64,000 bases of DNA from contig CM121341.1 of the NCBI GenBank assembly GCA_051530055.1, positions 14,362,784-14,426,783 on the forward strand, given 5' to 3'. This stretch comes from Neoechinorhynchus agilis (lineage: Eukaryota > Animalia > Acanthocephala). The translations under genes and the position numbers were made by a program. Shown here piece after piece: positions 1-11,060 of the stretch (positions are counted from its first letter, which is position 1; every line of letters begins with the position of its first letter). The notes beneath the pieces were generated by a model that was not told the origin of the DNA, searched no databases, and worked only from the letters and a program-made list of their open reading frames with translations.

Positions 1-790
1 AACAGGTCGTGGTGTAAGCACTTCCATATACCGGAAACGTGGAATCTGTTGGCAAAGCACATCTTGGCTAACCAATTCCCCTCAAGCCTTTAAAATCGGG
101 GTAGCACGTTCTTTATTCCGGCGAGCCATCAAAATCTGCAACATTCGCAAGGACAGAGAACGTGAAATCGACAATATCAGGAAGATGCTGGAAAGAAGGG
201 ATTACCCATATTGGGCTATCCGACAGGCACTTAAGAAAGAGAGATATTCAAGACCCAATCGACCAACGGAAAGTCCAGCTACGACAATCATCAGGGCCGA
301 ATTCGTAGACGATTTTTGTTCTAATCTGATTCGCAGGACCCTAAGAAATTCAAAATGCCCTGTTGGACTTTATCACAAGAGATCTCCGACTATCGTGGGC
401 ATCTTCAAAAGAAAAACCGAACAAAAAACGGTTGCGAACGTAGTCTACCGCATCCCCCCGCAACGATTCCGAAATGTCCTACGTAGGTGAAACAATGCGG
501 TGTTTAACTACGCGGCTGCGGGAGCACAAATTAGCCTTACGATTTGGCGACACTACGTCGGCCAATTTTGAATCACTCTCACTTAACCACACACTCAATC
601 GAATTCGACAAGACCGACGTCCTCTGCAAAAAAGTAAATATATTGATCCTTCCTCCTCGACTACTGACGGTTCATTGTACAAAATTACCAATCTCATACA
701 AGGAAAGTTTCAATCATTTACCTGAGTAAAAAATCAGCAAAGACACTTGTATCAATTCCGACGGAAGGTCAGACCAAAATGAATGAGTTT
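1..790 (+). mobile_element. Penelope-like element (PLE) 3' remnant: RT thumb plus frameshifted GIY-YIG endonuclease, with a degenerate hammerhead-like motif at 758-780
   Basis: Frame reading TSIYRK...ARSLFRRAIKIC...EIDNIRKMLERRDYP matches the PLE RT C-terminus. It continues VVYRIP / SYVGETMRCLTTRLREHK (GIY-YIG) across a frameshift. Downstream CCGACGGAA-GGTC-A-GACC-AAAA resembles a decayed CTGAnGA...GAAA core. Confidence 0.85.
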
Positions 791-1530
791 AAATTGCTCC
801 GGTTTACTAAAACAATTCACAAACACAATGTTGCCTGGTTTTAGATATCCATGAACAATGTTCAAATCTTATAGTTTCTACCGCTATCAACATTTGGGGT
901 CACGAAGATAAAAAACGATCCATTTGCATTGGTCTAAATTTGTTCATAAACACATGAAGATGCATTGCATTGATGATCACAGTATTTGAAAATTTCGAGG
1001 GAAACTGCGATGAAGAAGCAAGGAAAAAAGGTTACAAGAAACTGTGAACACTGGGCCGTTAATGAATGCGACGTTCAAATCGGATTTATCGAGTTAGCAA
1101 ATCTACATCTCCTCGATCTTCTAACGGACTCCAGAGCTATGCGGCCCATTTCATTGGGAAACGATGGTATAAACGAATATACGATTAAAGAAAATCAATT
1201 AAGTCACTATCTAATGAAGAATGTGGTGAAATTCCAGCGCCTGACTACAAAATCATGGCACTTGCAACGTCGAAAGTTTTATGTGAGATTTTTCAAGAAT
1301 TTAATACAGTTGTATCGAGAATCCTAATCTGATTCGTATAAAGTGCAGCCTTGCAAGAAAGTCCCGCTAAACATCTAGATTATCACCATCCTTGGTTGAA
1401 TCTGACCTTTCGTGAAAAACGCGCCATAGAACGTAAAAAGCGCATTATGGAGGTCCGAAGACAGCAAATGCACAAGCATTCAATAATGCGATTAATACGG
1501 TGCACTGATGGAAAAAATTATGAATATATT

Positions 1531-1572
1531 AATCAGAATTTTCGACCAATGCGTTGGTCTTCTTCAGTCACA
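1531..1572 (-). ncRNA. Minimal hammerhead-ribozyme-like motif of the PLE 3' end
   Basis: Minus strand reads CTGAAGA-A-GACCAA-CGCA-TTGGTC-GAAA-ATTC, about 11 nt after the GIY-YIG stop codon. It has an intact core, a perfect 6-bp stem II and a palindromic AATT mini stem III. Stem I is imperfect. Confidence 0.65.
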
Positions 1573-2480
1573 TGCAATTAGTCTGGATTGAGTATCCACC
1601 CTTTCACCACAGCTTTAAAGGGTACACGTAAATTAAGTGTGTAGTCCGCTTTGTTATGCGTGAACGTGTTGCCGTGTTCAATCATGATGGCCTCCATTGT
1701 GATTCTGTCACGTTTGTTGTCGCATCTCGCCATTATTTCAGTGGCATCAAGATCAATTCGATATTTGTTTTCTTTAACGTGATGAACTAATGCTGAGTTG
1801 AGATCGGTCAACTTGCTGATGGCCCGTCTATGTTCGGTCAACCTTCTTCGGATGTTATTGGTTTGTCCAATAAATGATTGGTCACAATCGTTACAGGGTA
1901 TCCTGTACACACACCCGGAGACCTCGTCAGCCCTTCTGGGTCGGAACATGCCATCTAAGGTTCTCCTTTTTTTTGTTAAAAACCGTCACTTTTTTCTGTG
2001 AATCCTGCTGCTTTATGAGATTTTGCATATTCGTGTTCCACTGATCGTCTACATAAGGGATCTCAATGAATCATTTTTGGACTTCCTCGATATTCCGATT
2101 GTTCAATTTTATATATTGAGTATTTCTCATCGTTTTTGCAATCAGATCCCTCGGATAACCACCAATTTTCAGCAATCTCCAAATTGTGTCAAGTTCATTC
2201 TCAAGAACATCTTCATTCGAGCAATATCTGTATGCTCTCAAGAACATGGACCTCACTCTGGAGATTTTATATTTCGTCAGTTGTGCTGATATCCAAGGAC
2301 TCTTTTTTGCGAAAAGCATACTTTTTAAATTTAGAACACAGCAAGTGGCCATGGGTAAGGAGCGGTCCTTTTTCCTATAGTGACCATCCGAAGAGTAGAA
2401 CTATTCCCGTTTGAGCATAAGCGAATGGTACGAGCCTTCTTAATAGTGATATCAAAAGCCTGTCGTATTGGTAACTGTAG
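1531..2480 (-). mobile_element. 5'-truncated Penelope-like element (RT thumb plus GIY-YIG), frameshifted
   Basis: ORF 2071-2352 reads KISRVRSMFLRAYRYCSNE..LENELDTIWRLLKIGGYP. ORF 1578-1949 reads GCVYRIPCNDCDQSFIGQTNNIRRRLTEH...SALVHH...MEAIMI. Confidence 0.9.
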
Positions 2481-2489
2481 GATTTTAAA

Positions 2490-2700
2490 CGTGAAACTCG
2501 AATCCGTTGGAATGAAGGAATAAGCACATCATGACCTTGCATTCTTTTAACATAAAGGCACGCACCATTGCATTACTATGGAAGCTCAACATTATGAAGT
2601 AGCACAATGGGTGTCACAGTCCCACTTAAAATCGCAGTCGATGGAGCTAAGGAACTCGATTGGATAAATGGCTACACTCTCATTATGTACAACTGTATTA
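2490..2700 (-). pseudogene. Degenerate Helitron/PIF1-type helicase fragment
   Basis: Minus frames give YPIEFLSSI and, after a frameshift, PIVLLHNVELP**CNGACLYVKRM. These resemble the Helitron helicase motifs YPxEFLxS and PIxLLRNLxPxxLCNGTRLxV. Confidence 0.6.
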
Positions 2701-2729
2701 AAGGGCCAATTAACCAACCAAATTTAGCT

Positions 2730-3021
2730 CTCTATACCGGCGCTCCTTTTTTAATACCGCCCAATCTTCTCGAATACCGTGACAGGAAATGAACCGGAGG
2801 AAAGGCCAACCTCACAGGCTCTCCAAGAAACAGTAACCGCTGATATTCCCACCCGAACAAACTTCCGTCGAGCGGATCTTCCCACTCGATCAAAACACTA
2901 AAATACTCAATAATCAACATCCACATTCTTTGAACAACTCTGAACTGGAGTGCTTATGAGGACCCAAAGGTACATGGGTTCTATTCCTTGTATTTCAAAA
3001 AATAAACGTGCTATTATTATA
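2730..3021 (+). mobile_element. L2/CR1-like LINE 3' end (family copy 1) with stem-loop and (TTA)n tail
   Basis: Homologous to copies at about 10.8, 36.9, 38.0 and 43.5 kb. Ends GAGGACCC-aaaggtacat-GGGTTCT ... AATAAACGTGCTATTATTAT. Confidence 0.7.
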
Positions 3022-3503
3022 ATTGTGTTACATCTTATGGAATCATATCCAGGATGTTGCTGTTTATATCATTGATGGTATTATCTTGTGTAGCAAGGAA
3101 TGCACAACTAGCTGTGATCTGTATAATTCCGTGATATAGTAAAACTCTGAAATATTGGTCCAAAATGACACATCTCGTTTCAACTGCGTAAATTGCTAAA
3201 ATAAGGGCAATTGAAAAGATAATGTACAATTTAGAAATAAGTCGATAATCCACCAACTAATTTGAAGGGTTTGCGCGAACGCTTAGCAGTTGTATTTCCC
3301 ACAGTAAGCGGTTGAAGCGTTTAGGAAAGCATTAAATTTGTCAGCTATTATTGACTTGGGTATGACCGGACAAGTTTGCCTCAAGCTACCAGCTAAGAGC
3401 TTTGATAAATCGCAAAAATGGGATTGGAATGTCGAGTATGGACGAGCGGATGGATATTTTATATAATTAAGTGTAATTTTAAAAAATCGCTTCTCAAAAA
3501 GGA

Positions 3504-4930
3504 TTACTTTCTCACACCCAACTTCCACACGATTCGAGTTGTTGTTTGATCCAATAGGCCAGCAATTTCACTGAGCAGATCTTTGTTACGTACTGGCGAT
3601 CCAGATTTTGTCAACCATTTCCCGTTCTTATGCCACCCAATCAACCATTTGCTCAAACAATTGTAAACGTAGCCTTGAGAGACCCAAACTTCACATTCTC
3701 CCATACTCTCAATGGAATCGATTAAACGAATCAAATCAATAACCGCTCTAAATTCAGATCTACTTGCATTTGTCGAGTCCAGACGTTGTGTCTTTTGAAG
3801 GTTCGGATGATCACTCTGGATTTCGTATGATGTCTCCTTCCCTACTACATATACTTTTAGAACTCGATGTTTGTAAACGGCCTCTTTAGCCAATCGATCG
3901 GCTATTTCATTTCCATGAATTCCAAAATGTGCCTTCACTTGCGGGAAAGTGTATAAATGTCTCCCTTTTTTATCCACCTTCCCGCCTCACGTGAATCCAA
4001 TGGATCTTTAGTTGCTGTGACAAATTGTAGAGCTTATTAAGTTCTTCTTTGTTCTTCACACTATCACCGTCCGACTTTATCCAGCCGTTTTTTATCCATT
4101 TAGGAATCCATTCGGTCATACACTGAACAAGAAATAAGCTATCAGTATGAACATTTAAAATCGTAAAATTTTGTTCAATTGCTTGTCCCACAGCCCTAAT
4201 TGCGGCCAATATCTCAGCTTTGTTGTTCGTTACACCGTATGACGATAGAACCCGTTCCGTCACGTTCCATGGACTGCCTTCGGACCAATAAACACCAATA
4301 CCCGCTACTGCATCACCAGTTCCGTTCTGTAGACAACACCCGTCGATGTAGACATCGTTTTTATGGAGCATCTCAGTCGTACAATGCTTCTCAGCGCCTG
4401 CCTTGGCTAACCGGTCCGCCCATTCGTTACCCATGTCGAGTTTCTGATGAGCACGTACAAACTCCCATTTCAGATTAGGTATCTGGCTACACAAATAATC
4501 CAGTCTTACCAAATCATCCCGATTCTTTAAAAGGAAATAATTTGCACAAAGATTTTCTACCAATGCAAACGACCCTCAAATACACTTTCCTGTTTGCCGC
4601 CGATCCCACGTTTCCTCAACAACCATCCATTCTTTTTCCATCCACTAATCCATTTGGTCATGCAATCGATCATAAACTGACTATCAGTCCTAACTGTCAA
4701 ACTTTGCTTTCCTGCCTTCACGGCAATCTCTAATGCTCGAATAGCAGCGTTCAGTTCTGCTCTAATATTCGTTTGCTTTTCTTTTATACTCGATCCCAGT
4801 GGCTCTGATACGTTTGAGGGATGGTCCGGGCGACCCCAGTATACTCCAATGCCTGCTTTTGCTCCGCACCGCCCGTTTCCAAAGCAGCACCCGTCGGTGT
4901 AGACAATGTCTGGTAAACTTTCCACGGTGA
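3504..4930 (-). CDS. Multi-exon protein with three tandem RNase H1-like domains (two with complete DEDD sites, third degenerate). The 5' exon is not located, and a possible extra 3' exon ends at 3283.
   Basis: Domain 1: VYTDG, RAEL, TDSQ, GNEWADRLA. Domain 2: VYIDG, KAEI, TDSL, GNEIADRLA. Domain 3: VYVVG, RSEF, VSQG, WHKNGKWLTKSGSPVRNKDL. The ORFs are joined by intron-sized gaps at about 4530-4585 and 3939-3990. Confidence 0.88.
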
Positions 4931-5097
4931 CTGTAATAAAGTCAGAGAATCTATAAATCTTAGAGGATTTTAAAAAAGGTCAATAATATGTGGTGGTCTT
5001 AGTCCTAAAATTTATGTATCGTCAAAGGCAAACTATAAATTCATATTTTGCTTTTTGTTAAGTGCGAATTAAACACATTAACAACCTTGATAAAATC

Positions 5098-5180
5098 ACA
5101 AGTTTGTGCCGAAATATTGGGATCAATAAATTCTTTCAATTTTTCCGCCATATAAAAAACATGAATAGTTCAATCTTCAA
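5098..5180. mobile_element. MITE-like family B arm; other copies at about 12095-12180, 18035-18205, 31470-31683 and the split copy 43065-43091/43938-43994
   Basis: Recurrent motif gtgccgaaatattggat(c/t)taataaattcttt(c/t)aatttttxcgccata...atgaatagttcaatcttcaaa. Confidence 0.65.
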
Positions 5181-5225
5181 AAATCTAAATTCATATTTAT
5201 GCGTGGCTCAGCCGGTTGCCTTTTT

Positions 5226-5653
5226 ATCGATAAGTACAAGATGAGGATTTTTTACCACACACATATCTCCGTCCTTATTCTCAGATTGCTCACGAGGAGG
5301 CGGGACCCATCAGTCAGTTTCCTCCTCCCTTCAGCTTTATTTCGCCCCTTTCGTTGCGCGTCATCAGCTTTGGACATCTCCTAATCCCAGCTTGGGTGAA
5401 AGAGGTCAAATCCGTTACCGCCGATCACGCACAACCAAAGGGGACGAAATACCGCTAAAGGGAGGAAAAAACTCATTGATTACTCCCGCCTCCTCGTGAG
5501 CAATCTGAGAATCCGGACAGAGATGTACGAACTTAAATCGGCACGATTATGGGCATTGAGCTCAGACCAGCGCTTCCTGGACCTCGATCGGTAGACCGTG
5601 TGCCCATAATTCAGATGTGTATGGTAAAACATCCTCATCTTGTACTTATCGAT
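5226..5653. repeat. Nested foldback (inverted-repeat) element
   Basis: Outer arms 5226-5266/5613-5653. Perfect 29-bp arms 5277-5305/5484-5512 extend imperfectly to about 5368/5420. A small extra IR (attatgggca/tgcccataat) lies at about 5546-5610. Confidence 0.8.
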
Positions 5654-6096
5654 GCAAACTATAAATTTTATAACTCAAGAAACATAACAGCTATTGCAAA
5701 TCCGAAAACAACCTTGGGATCAGCGTACTTAATTTTAGCTACATATTTTATTAACGTGGTAAGTCGCGTTTCTTAACTTCGTTCGATTTCGCAAACATAA
5801 ATAATCCAATAAAAATAGAGTATTTCTGATCGATCATAAAACTACGTGAAAATCGGCGGCTACCAGGTCCAATGTGAATAAAAACGCAATTCTGACAAAC
5901 TAGTAAATCAACGTGATTACAAATGCATTACACTTTAGTTGATTTCGAAAAAAAGAAAATATTTTAACTCAGCGAGTTTATTTTCAATGTGGCTAAGAGG
6001 TTCTTTTAAAAAATATCCTGCAACGGAATGACTTGAACGCAATTTGCCTCAAAGCTCATGCATATTTTCAAATATCGACGTTTTTTAACAAGTCTG

Positions 6097-6240
6097 GGGA
6101 TTGTCTTTATCTAAGCAAGTCAAGCGGTTGAAACAAATGTCTATTTTGGATCGATATTTCAGAGTTTTACTCCTTCAGAGTTTTGAAACACACACGCAAT
6201 TGTGTTTCAACCGCGTATAGTGCTTAAATAAGGACAATCG
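6097..6240. mobile_element. MITE-like family C; other arms at about 3175-3225, 42796-42870 and 44246-44290
   Basis: Inverted arms gattgtctttatctaagca...gcggttgaaaca / tgtttcaaccgc...tgcttaaataaggacaatc, dispersed in four places. Confidence 0.6.
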
Positions 6241-6397
6241 AAAAAGTAACATGCGGTTGGGAAGTCAATCGATAAACCACCAACTAACCTACGCAGCCTG
6301 GCGGAAATACAAGCCAAGGCTTAATATTACAAGTGCTTAAAAGACTTACATTCGAGTTTGGAAGATCGAAACACCTTAAAGGACATTATGCGATTTA

Positions 6398-7051
6398 TCA
6401 GAGCAAAAGCATCAAATAAAGTGATTTTAAAAGGTTCTTGTTGAAAAGATCCATATAAGATAGTTGCCTAATGCGAGTAGGTATCGGATCAGAATCTGAG
6501 AACACGTATTCGAATAGTTTTTTAACAAAATTTCGGAATATACTCTCGTCTGCTTTTTCGAACACCTCAAAACATTTTCCATCGTCCATCACCGCTCGTA
6601 TTGAATCTACAAGTCCTCTACAACTTGTCCATTTAAGATATCCAAGACTTTGTGCTTTATCAGCAAGTTCGCATTGATGATTGTTCATGAGATCTTCATT
6701 GACAACAACAATAACTCGTTTGCACTTTGATTCAAGCGCCTCAATAACGGATCCTGCACCAGCGTGGCTTATTATGAGATCAGCTCCGTCCAGATATTCC
6801 TTTATGCTACTGTTCTGATAGCATTTCGAAAACCGAGCCACTCAGAATCGCATGTCGCAGTAGTCAAACGAAATACATTCTTCAAATCCACATGGTTCTT
6901 TGAATTCGTGAACGTTTCCATATTGTATGATTAACCTTGAAAATCCGAGGTCGTTTATTAAGAGCTTTGTGAAGCTGGAGTCAGAAGATATGAGATTAGT
7001 CAGTTTTGGAAAATTGGTTGTACCGACGGTTACGAATACAGTTCGACCCAT
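6398..7051 (-). CDS. ALG13: UDP-GlcNAc transferase catalytic subunit ALG13 (short form), with a probable 45-nt intron at 6815-6859
   Basis: Motifs VFVTVGTTNF, LIIQYG, ADLIISHAGAGSVIEAL, VIVVVNEDLMNNHQCELA. An in-frame TGA at 6842-6844 lies inside the putative intron. Confidence 0.92.
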
Positions 7052-7497
7052 GTGTAAAATCTGAAAATGATGAAAAATCAATAACAGCGGTTTTGATCAT
7101 TGTACCTACTGAATGATTTCTAGGTGGCTTAAAAAATTACCAGTCACTAAGCTACGATGCTTATGTGGCTTAAAAAAATATATTTCACGTTCTAAAAGTA
7201 GCATTTAAAAAAATCAGAGTTAACGTGACATTTTTTGGCATGCCCATTAATCTGTTGCCAATTCAGTTAGCACAAAAATTTTAAATCAATTATGTTTAAA
7301 ATGCAATCGCTAGCTCCGAAAACTTCCTGGTATTCACTTCTTCATTTTTAATGCTCCATTTTAAAATAAGAAGGCTACTTTAAACTTCCATTGCAGCATT
7401 AAGATACTCAACAAAAGAGAGAAATAGACTAAATGGGCATTAAAACACTCTTCTGCTTTTTTTTAATCCGGGGAACTTTATTTTAAGCCATAAGATC

Positions 7498-7600
7498 ATT
7501 CACACCACCGCTCTGGATCACTCAGCTGCCGTGCTGGTGTAACGGTCGAAAGGACGGATGCAGCGTTCCCTCGTTGCACAGCCATGACTTGTTTCAGTTA
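7498..7600 (-). mobile_element. CRE-clade non-LTR retrotransposon extreme 3' end
   Basis: Minus frame reads MAVQRGNAASVLSTVTPARQLSDPERWCE*, containing the C-terminal QRGNA motif. Confidence 0.7.
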
Positions 7601-7872
7601 TTATCGTTAGTATTATCGACTGAAATCTAAACTACCTCTTTCACTAATTTCAAAATTTGAACAATAAAGGGAACCTGACCTGACCTAGTTCGGACTAATG
7701 ACACTAATTCTCTAGATACAGGTCGTGACATTTATCATTACCACCATAAAAGGTCAAAGGCTTCTTCTGTAAGGGTAAAGTGAATCAGTGTGACAATTAG
7801 ACGATAAAAGAACATATAGACAACGAACATCTTTCAGCGACCTTCCAAACTCCAAGCTCAATCCATTCTAAG

Positions 7873-8196
7873 ATGGGAAACGCTAATAGCAGAGATATGC
7901 ACGAGATCTATGTTGAAGAACCGATGAAACCTGTGTCAAAGAAAATCAAAGGATCTAGGAAAAAGGATTTTGCCACATTCAATCCACCATATACGAGTGA
8001 ACTACAACAAATGAACTATCCTGTCCCAGCCTTTTATATACCGCCGCAACAATATATGATGCCAACTGCGCAACCTGCGATGATGGGTCCGTACTTGGGA
8101 CCAATGTACCCACAACCCATGATGTCGAATCCCATTTCACCACATGACTGTCTAGTCGGACGCTGGCATCAAGTCCCTGGAGTTTTCTACGCATAA
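7873..8196 (+). CDS. Small Pro/Met/Gln/Tyr-rich protein with a possible N-myristoylation start; function unknown
   Basis: 107-aa ORF starting MGNANS (MGxxxS). The ATG is directly preceded by ttctaag. Confidence 0.55.
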   Translation: MGNANSRDMHEIYVEEPMKPVSKKIKGSRKKDFATFNPPYTSELQQMNYPVPAFYIPPQQYMMPTAQPAMMGPYLGPMYPQPMMSNPISPHDCLVGRWHQVPGVFYA

Positions 8197-8213
8197 TAAA
8201 GTTTGGAAATGAA

Positions 8214-9870
8214 TCAATTTTTAGATATCTCCTTGAATGGGTCATATTGTTCACAAGAATCTTTAGACGTTACGCCGGTTAAAGCGAAACCAACCGCCTT
8301 CGATCCTTTCGCGCTGAAAAACCTTTTCCGTCTCCTATAATAGTGACTGCTATGATCGTCCTTCCAACCTTGTCTTCCTGAAGATTTTCTTCTAAACAAT
8401 CGACATGGATGCTGGTTCTTTTTATCTGCGCACATTATCCTAAGGTCTGCATTTTTTGAAACGTGAGGATCCTCAAAATACTATTCAAACCTCTTAGCTG
8501 TTGACTAATGTCGGCGAGTTTCTGATCCACCCTATCATCACGTTGAATACTATAAGGTGAGTTTGAGCGCTGATAATTATCCTGATTTTCTAATTTGCAC
8601 GACAAAGGTTTGAAAATCGGGTCTGAAGGGGAATCGAATCTTTAACTGAATTGAAATTAGACAAAATATTCTTAAGATTTGACCAAAAGGAAACTCTCGT
8701 AGCCACTAACCCAGTAAACACCTTGCAAGGTTGTCTTAAATCCAAAACTTCCTTTCTGGTATGTAAAGGCAAACATAGAGCAAGAATATATAATTTTGTT
8801 CGGCTATAAGACAAAGCCCGTTGAATTCGACGTCTTATGATACAACGATTACACTTTAATTGATACGCTTTAGACGATAACATTTTGTTTACCGCCTAGG
8901 CCCGGCACAGTTTATTAAATCTTATCGGCTACTAATTGAAGGATATCTCGCTAGTTCACTAATACTAGGAATTTTAGGATACAATTTGGAGGAGAACGAC
9001 GACGTTCATGGTCTAGTTGAAGGCTAGTTAAAAGGAAAATTATTTCATAAGCAGACCAGCCGATTTGAACAATTTAGAAAATCTCGGTGTTAAGAAATTC
9101 ACGCTAAAATCTAACACGTCAATTCTTTTCAAATGATAGGAAAGCTCACTAACGTGCAACTCAGATCTTAAGCTCCGGATATCTGTACGACAAAATTGAG
9201 CTCCCGTATGAACGGTAGCTTTCTTAAAGTTCTAGAGTTTAATATTTTTATAAGAAAATCAAATGCTACCATGAGTACGTCTGGAGGTACGTGATACATT
9301 ATCGCCAGTCGCATCATAGTGTGATAAAGCAAATCCTTTACTGTCTTTGGTTTCTACATTCATAATTATAAGACAATAGAAAAAAATTAAATTAAGAAGC
9401 TGACGTTTCTAATATCTTCTCTAGCTACTAGTCGTTTCAAGACATCGGCATCATTTAACTGTTATTGGTTTGCATTGATAACGCCGAAAATAGTTAACTC
9501 ACTGGAATTCGAACACGGCTTGTCTTTAAAATATGACCAATAGCTGCAAAGAAACCACGTAAATCTTTGCTCTGAGAAGATTCCATTTTTTGAAGCATTT
9601 CTTGTGTAATTCGACGATTTAAGTCGCCACTACGGAACTTATAAAAGAGAACATCGATAAACGGAATACCTGGCTCTATGAGCTACTCGGCTCATTTCTT
9701 CACTCTTAAACCTGGGCCAGTCAGACTTCGATAAAGAAATTAAAATTTACTTGCCTGATAAAAAGCGCAACGCTTCTTCCAACAGTTTGGGTTTTTGCAT
9801 GAACATCCTGATCGAACTTTTGTTTACAGAATCGTCATGGACGGCGGTAAACACACGAACACTTACAACA
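8214..9870 (-). CDS. Probable multi-exon gene of unknown function (exon structure unresolved)
   Basis: Several short minus-strand open stretches (8214-8435, 8590-8883, about 9480-9620 and 9750-9870) are bounded by GT/AG-like sites. No recognisable motif. Confidence 0.3.
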
Positions 9871-10149
9871 ATCACTCGGAAACATTATTTGAATAAAGGC
9901 ACATAGAAAGTGGGTGTACAAAAGGTTTCTATGGCAATAATTGTAGCACTTATCCTAAAAACAATTTGACATTATTAAACTTAATAAATTGACGCCCGCA
10001 ATTTTAAATTTATTTAAGATGTACAATATTGAGCATACTGCCCAACGACAAATCGCAATATAGGGTAAACCAACCATTTTAATGCCGGTATGTGAGGAGA
10101 TACCGGGTTATATGATCAGAAGTATTATTGGCAAATTTTAATAACAAAC

Positions 10150-10235
10150 AACCTGATGATGAACGTGACGAGGCTCAAAACGTATTAAATAAAAAATTAT
10201 TTACCGAGTGAATACTTCTAAATAATACTTCCTAC
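10150..10235 (+). repeat. Degenerate hammerhead-like/PLE terminal-repeat relic, homologous to 11870-11935 (minus)
   Basis: CTGATGA-T-GAAC-GTGACGA-GGCTC-AAAAC followed by ttaccgagtgaatacttctaaataatac. The 11.9-kb copy reads CCGATGA-T-GAATT-CGACGA-GGTTC-GAAACGTC...ctaccgggtaaatctaaacaacac. Confidence 0.5.
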
Positions 10236-10254
10236 CATTTTGTGACTGGGATTA

Positions 10255-10330
10255 TAATAACACGTTTTATTATCGAACAAGACAGGAAAACAATCTACCT
10301 CCGGGTCCTCGTGAACATTCGAACCAGATG
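10255..10330 (-). mobile_element. Short L2/CR1-like LINE 3' end relic
   Basis: Minus strand gaggacccgg...aataaaacgtgttattat matches the family terminus. Confidence 0.5.
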
Positions 10331-10442
10331 ATAGGTTAAATCAGAAATTTTCAATCTTGTGGTTGCGGCCCATTAAAAATGGTTAATAGCAGATTTCGAC
10401 GGCATTTTTCCATTCACGGAAAAACTCACTACATTATCACAA

Positions 10443-10527
10443 TATTACTATGTGAGAAGCACTGTCCGCCTACATTTTTGTTGTAGATGGCGCTCGTAGC
10501 CGAATTGGCCGGTTATCTGGCTCCATC
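10443..10527 (+). repeat. Dispersed ~85-bp repeat, near-identical to 36744-36828 (minus); probable element terminus
   Basis: ctatgtgagaagcactgtccgcctacatttttgttgtagatggcgctcgtagccgaattggccggttatctggctccatc is present at both loci. Confidence 0.75.
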
Positions 10528-10769
10528 ATTTTCTCTTTTTGCCTTCATTGCTAAGGAACTCGGAGCAGTGCGAGCAGTGGTGTCATCGGGAAGGTCGATC
10601 TACTGATCTGCTTCTTTTATCCCTTTTTTCTAATATGAGCTAGAACCATTAAATTAATTATATCAAGAGCAGGAATAACATTTTTTCTTAAGTATATTTT
10701 CGGTGAACGTGGTTGCTTATTTTGGAGTCGATAACGGGGCCGGCCGGGAGAGAAAGTTAGGGGTTATAG

Positions 10770-11060
10770 GCATAGGATTGAGAAACAGGGCAAAGAAGCT
10801 GACCCATGTACCTTTGGATCCTCATGAACTCTCGAGTTCTGATGGGATAAATGAATGTGACTATTGATTTTGGAGTGGATTACGAGTTCGATCGGGTTGG
10901 AGGGTCCGATCGGGGTTGGAATTGGTGTTTTATTGCATGCAGGAGCTCTTATGAGGTTGGGTCTTTCCTCAGAATCATTTCAGGTAATGATATCCGAGAA
11001 GATTGGACAGCATGGAAAAAGTAGAGGAGGTAGAAGGTAGTATGGAACGAATTGGGCTTA
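10770..11060 (-). mobile_element. L2/CR1-like LINE 3' end (family copy)
   Basis: Reverse complement aligns with 37870-38200 (tttttccatgctgtccaatcttctcggatatcattacctgaaatga...gaggatccaaaggtacatgggtc). Confidence 0.75.

Noticed and set aside
986-1581. Two plus-strand ORFs between the Penelope elements
   Set aside because: No recognisable motif, and the second overlaps the antisense of the PLE terminal hammerhead region.
3035-3256. Hydrophobic 73-aa ORF as a membrane protein
   Set aside because: It overlaps a family-C MITE arm and AT-rich sequence next to a LINE tail; probably spurious.
3504-4930. RNase H domains as part of an LTR retrotransposon or retrovirus pol
   Set aside because: No RT, integrase, protease or LTRs are adjacent. 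The motifs are cellular RNase H1 type and are interrupted by intron-like gaps.
5203-5215. tRNA gene or tRNA-derived SINE from the A-box-like TGGCTCAGCCGG
   Set aside because: No B-box (GTTCRA) or cloverleaf follows at any of the three occurrences.
6842-6844. In-frame TGA in ALG13 as selenocysteine or readthrough
   Set aside because: Readthrough would insert about 15 aa into a conserved FDY-x-SSI junction. An intron-sized segment ending in CAG explains it better.
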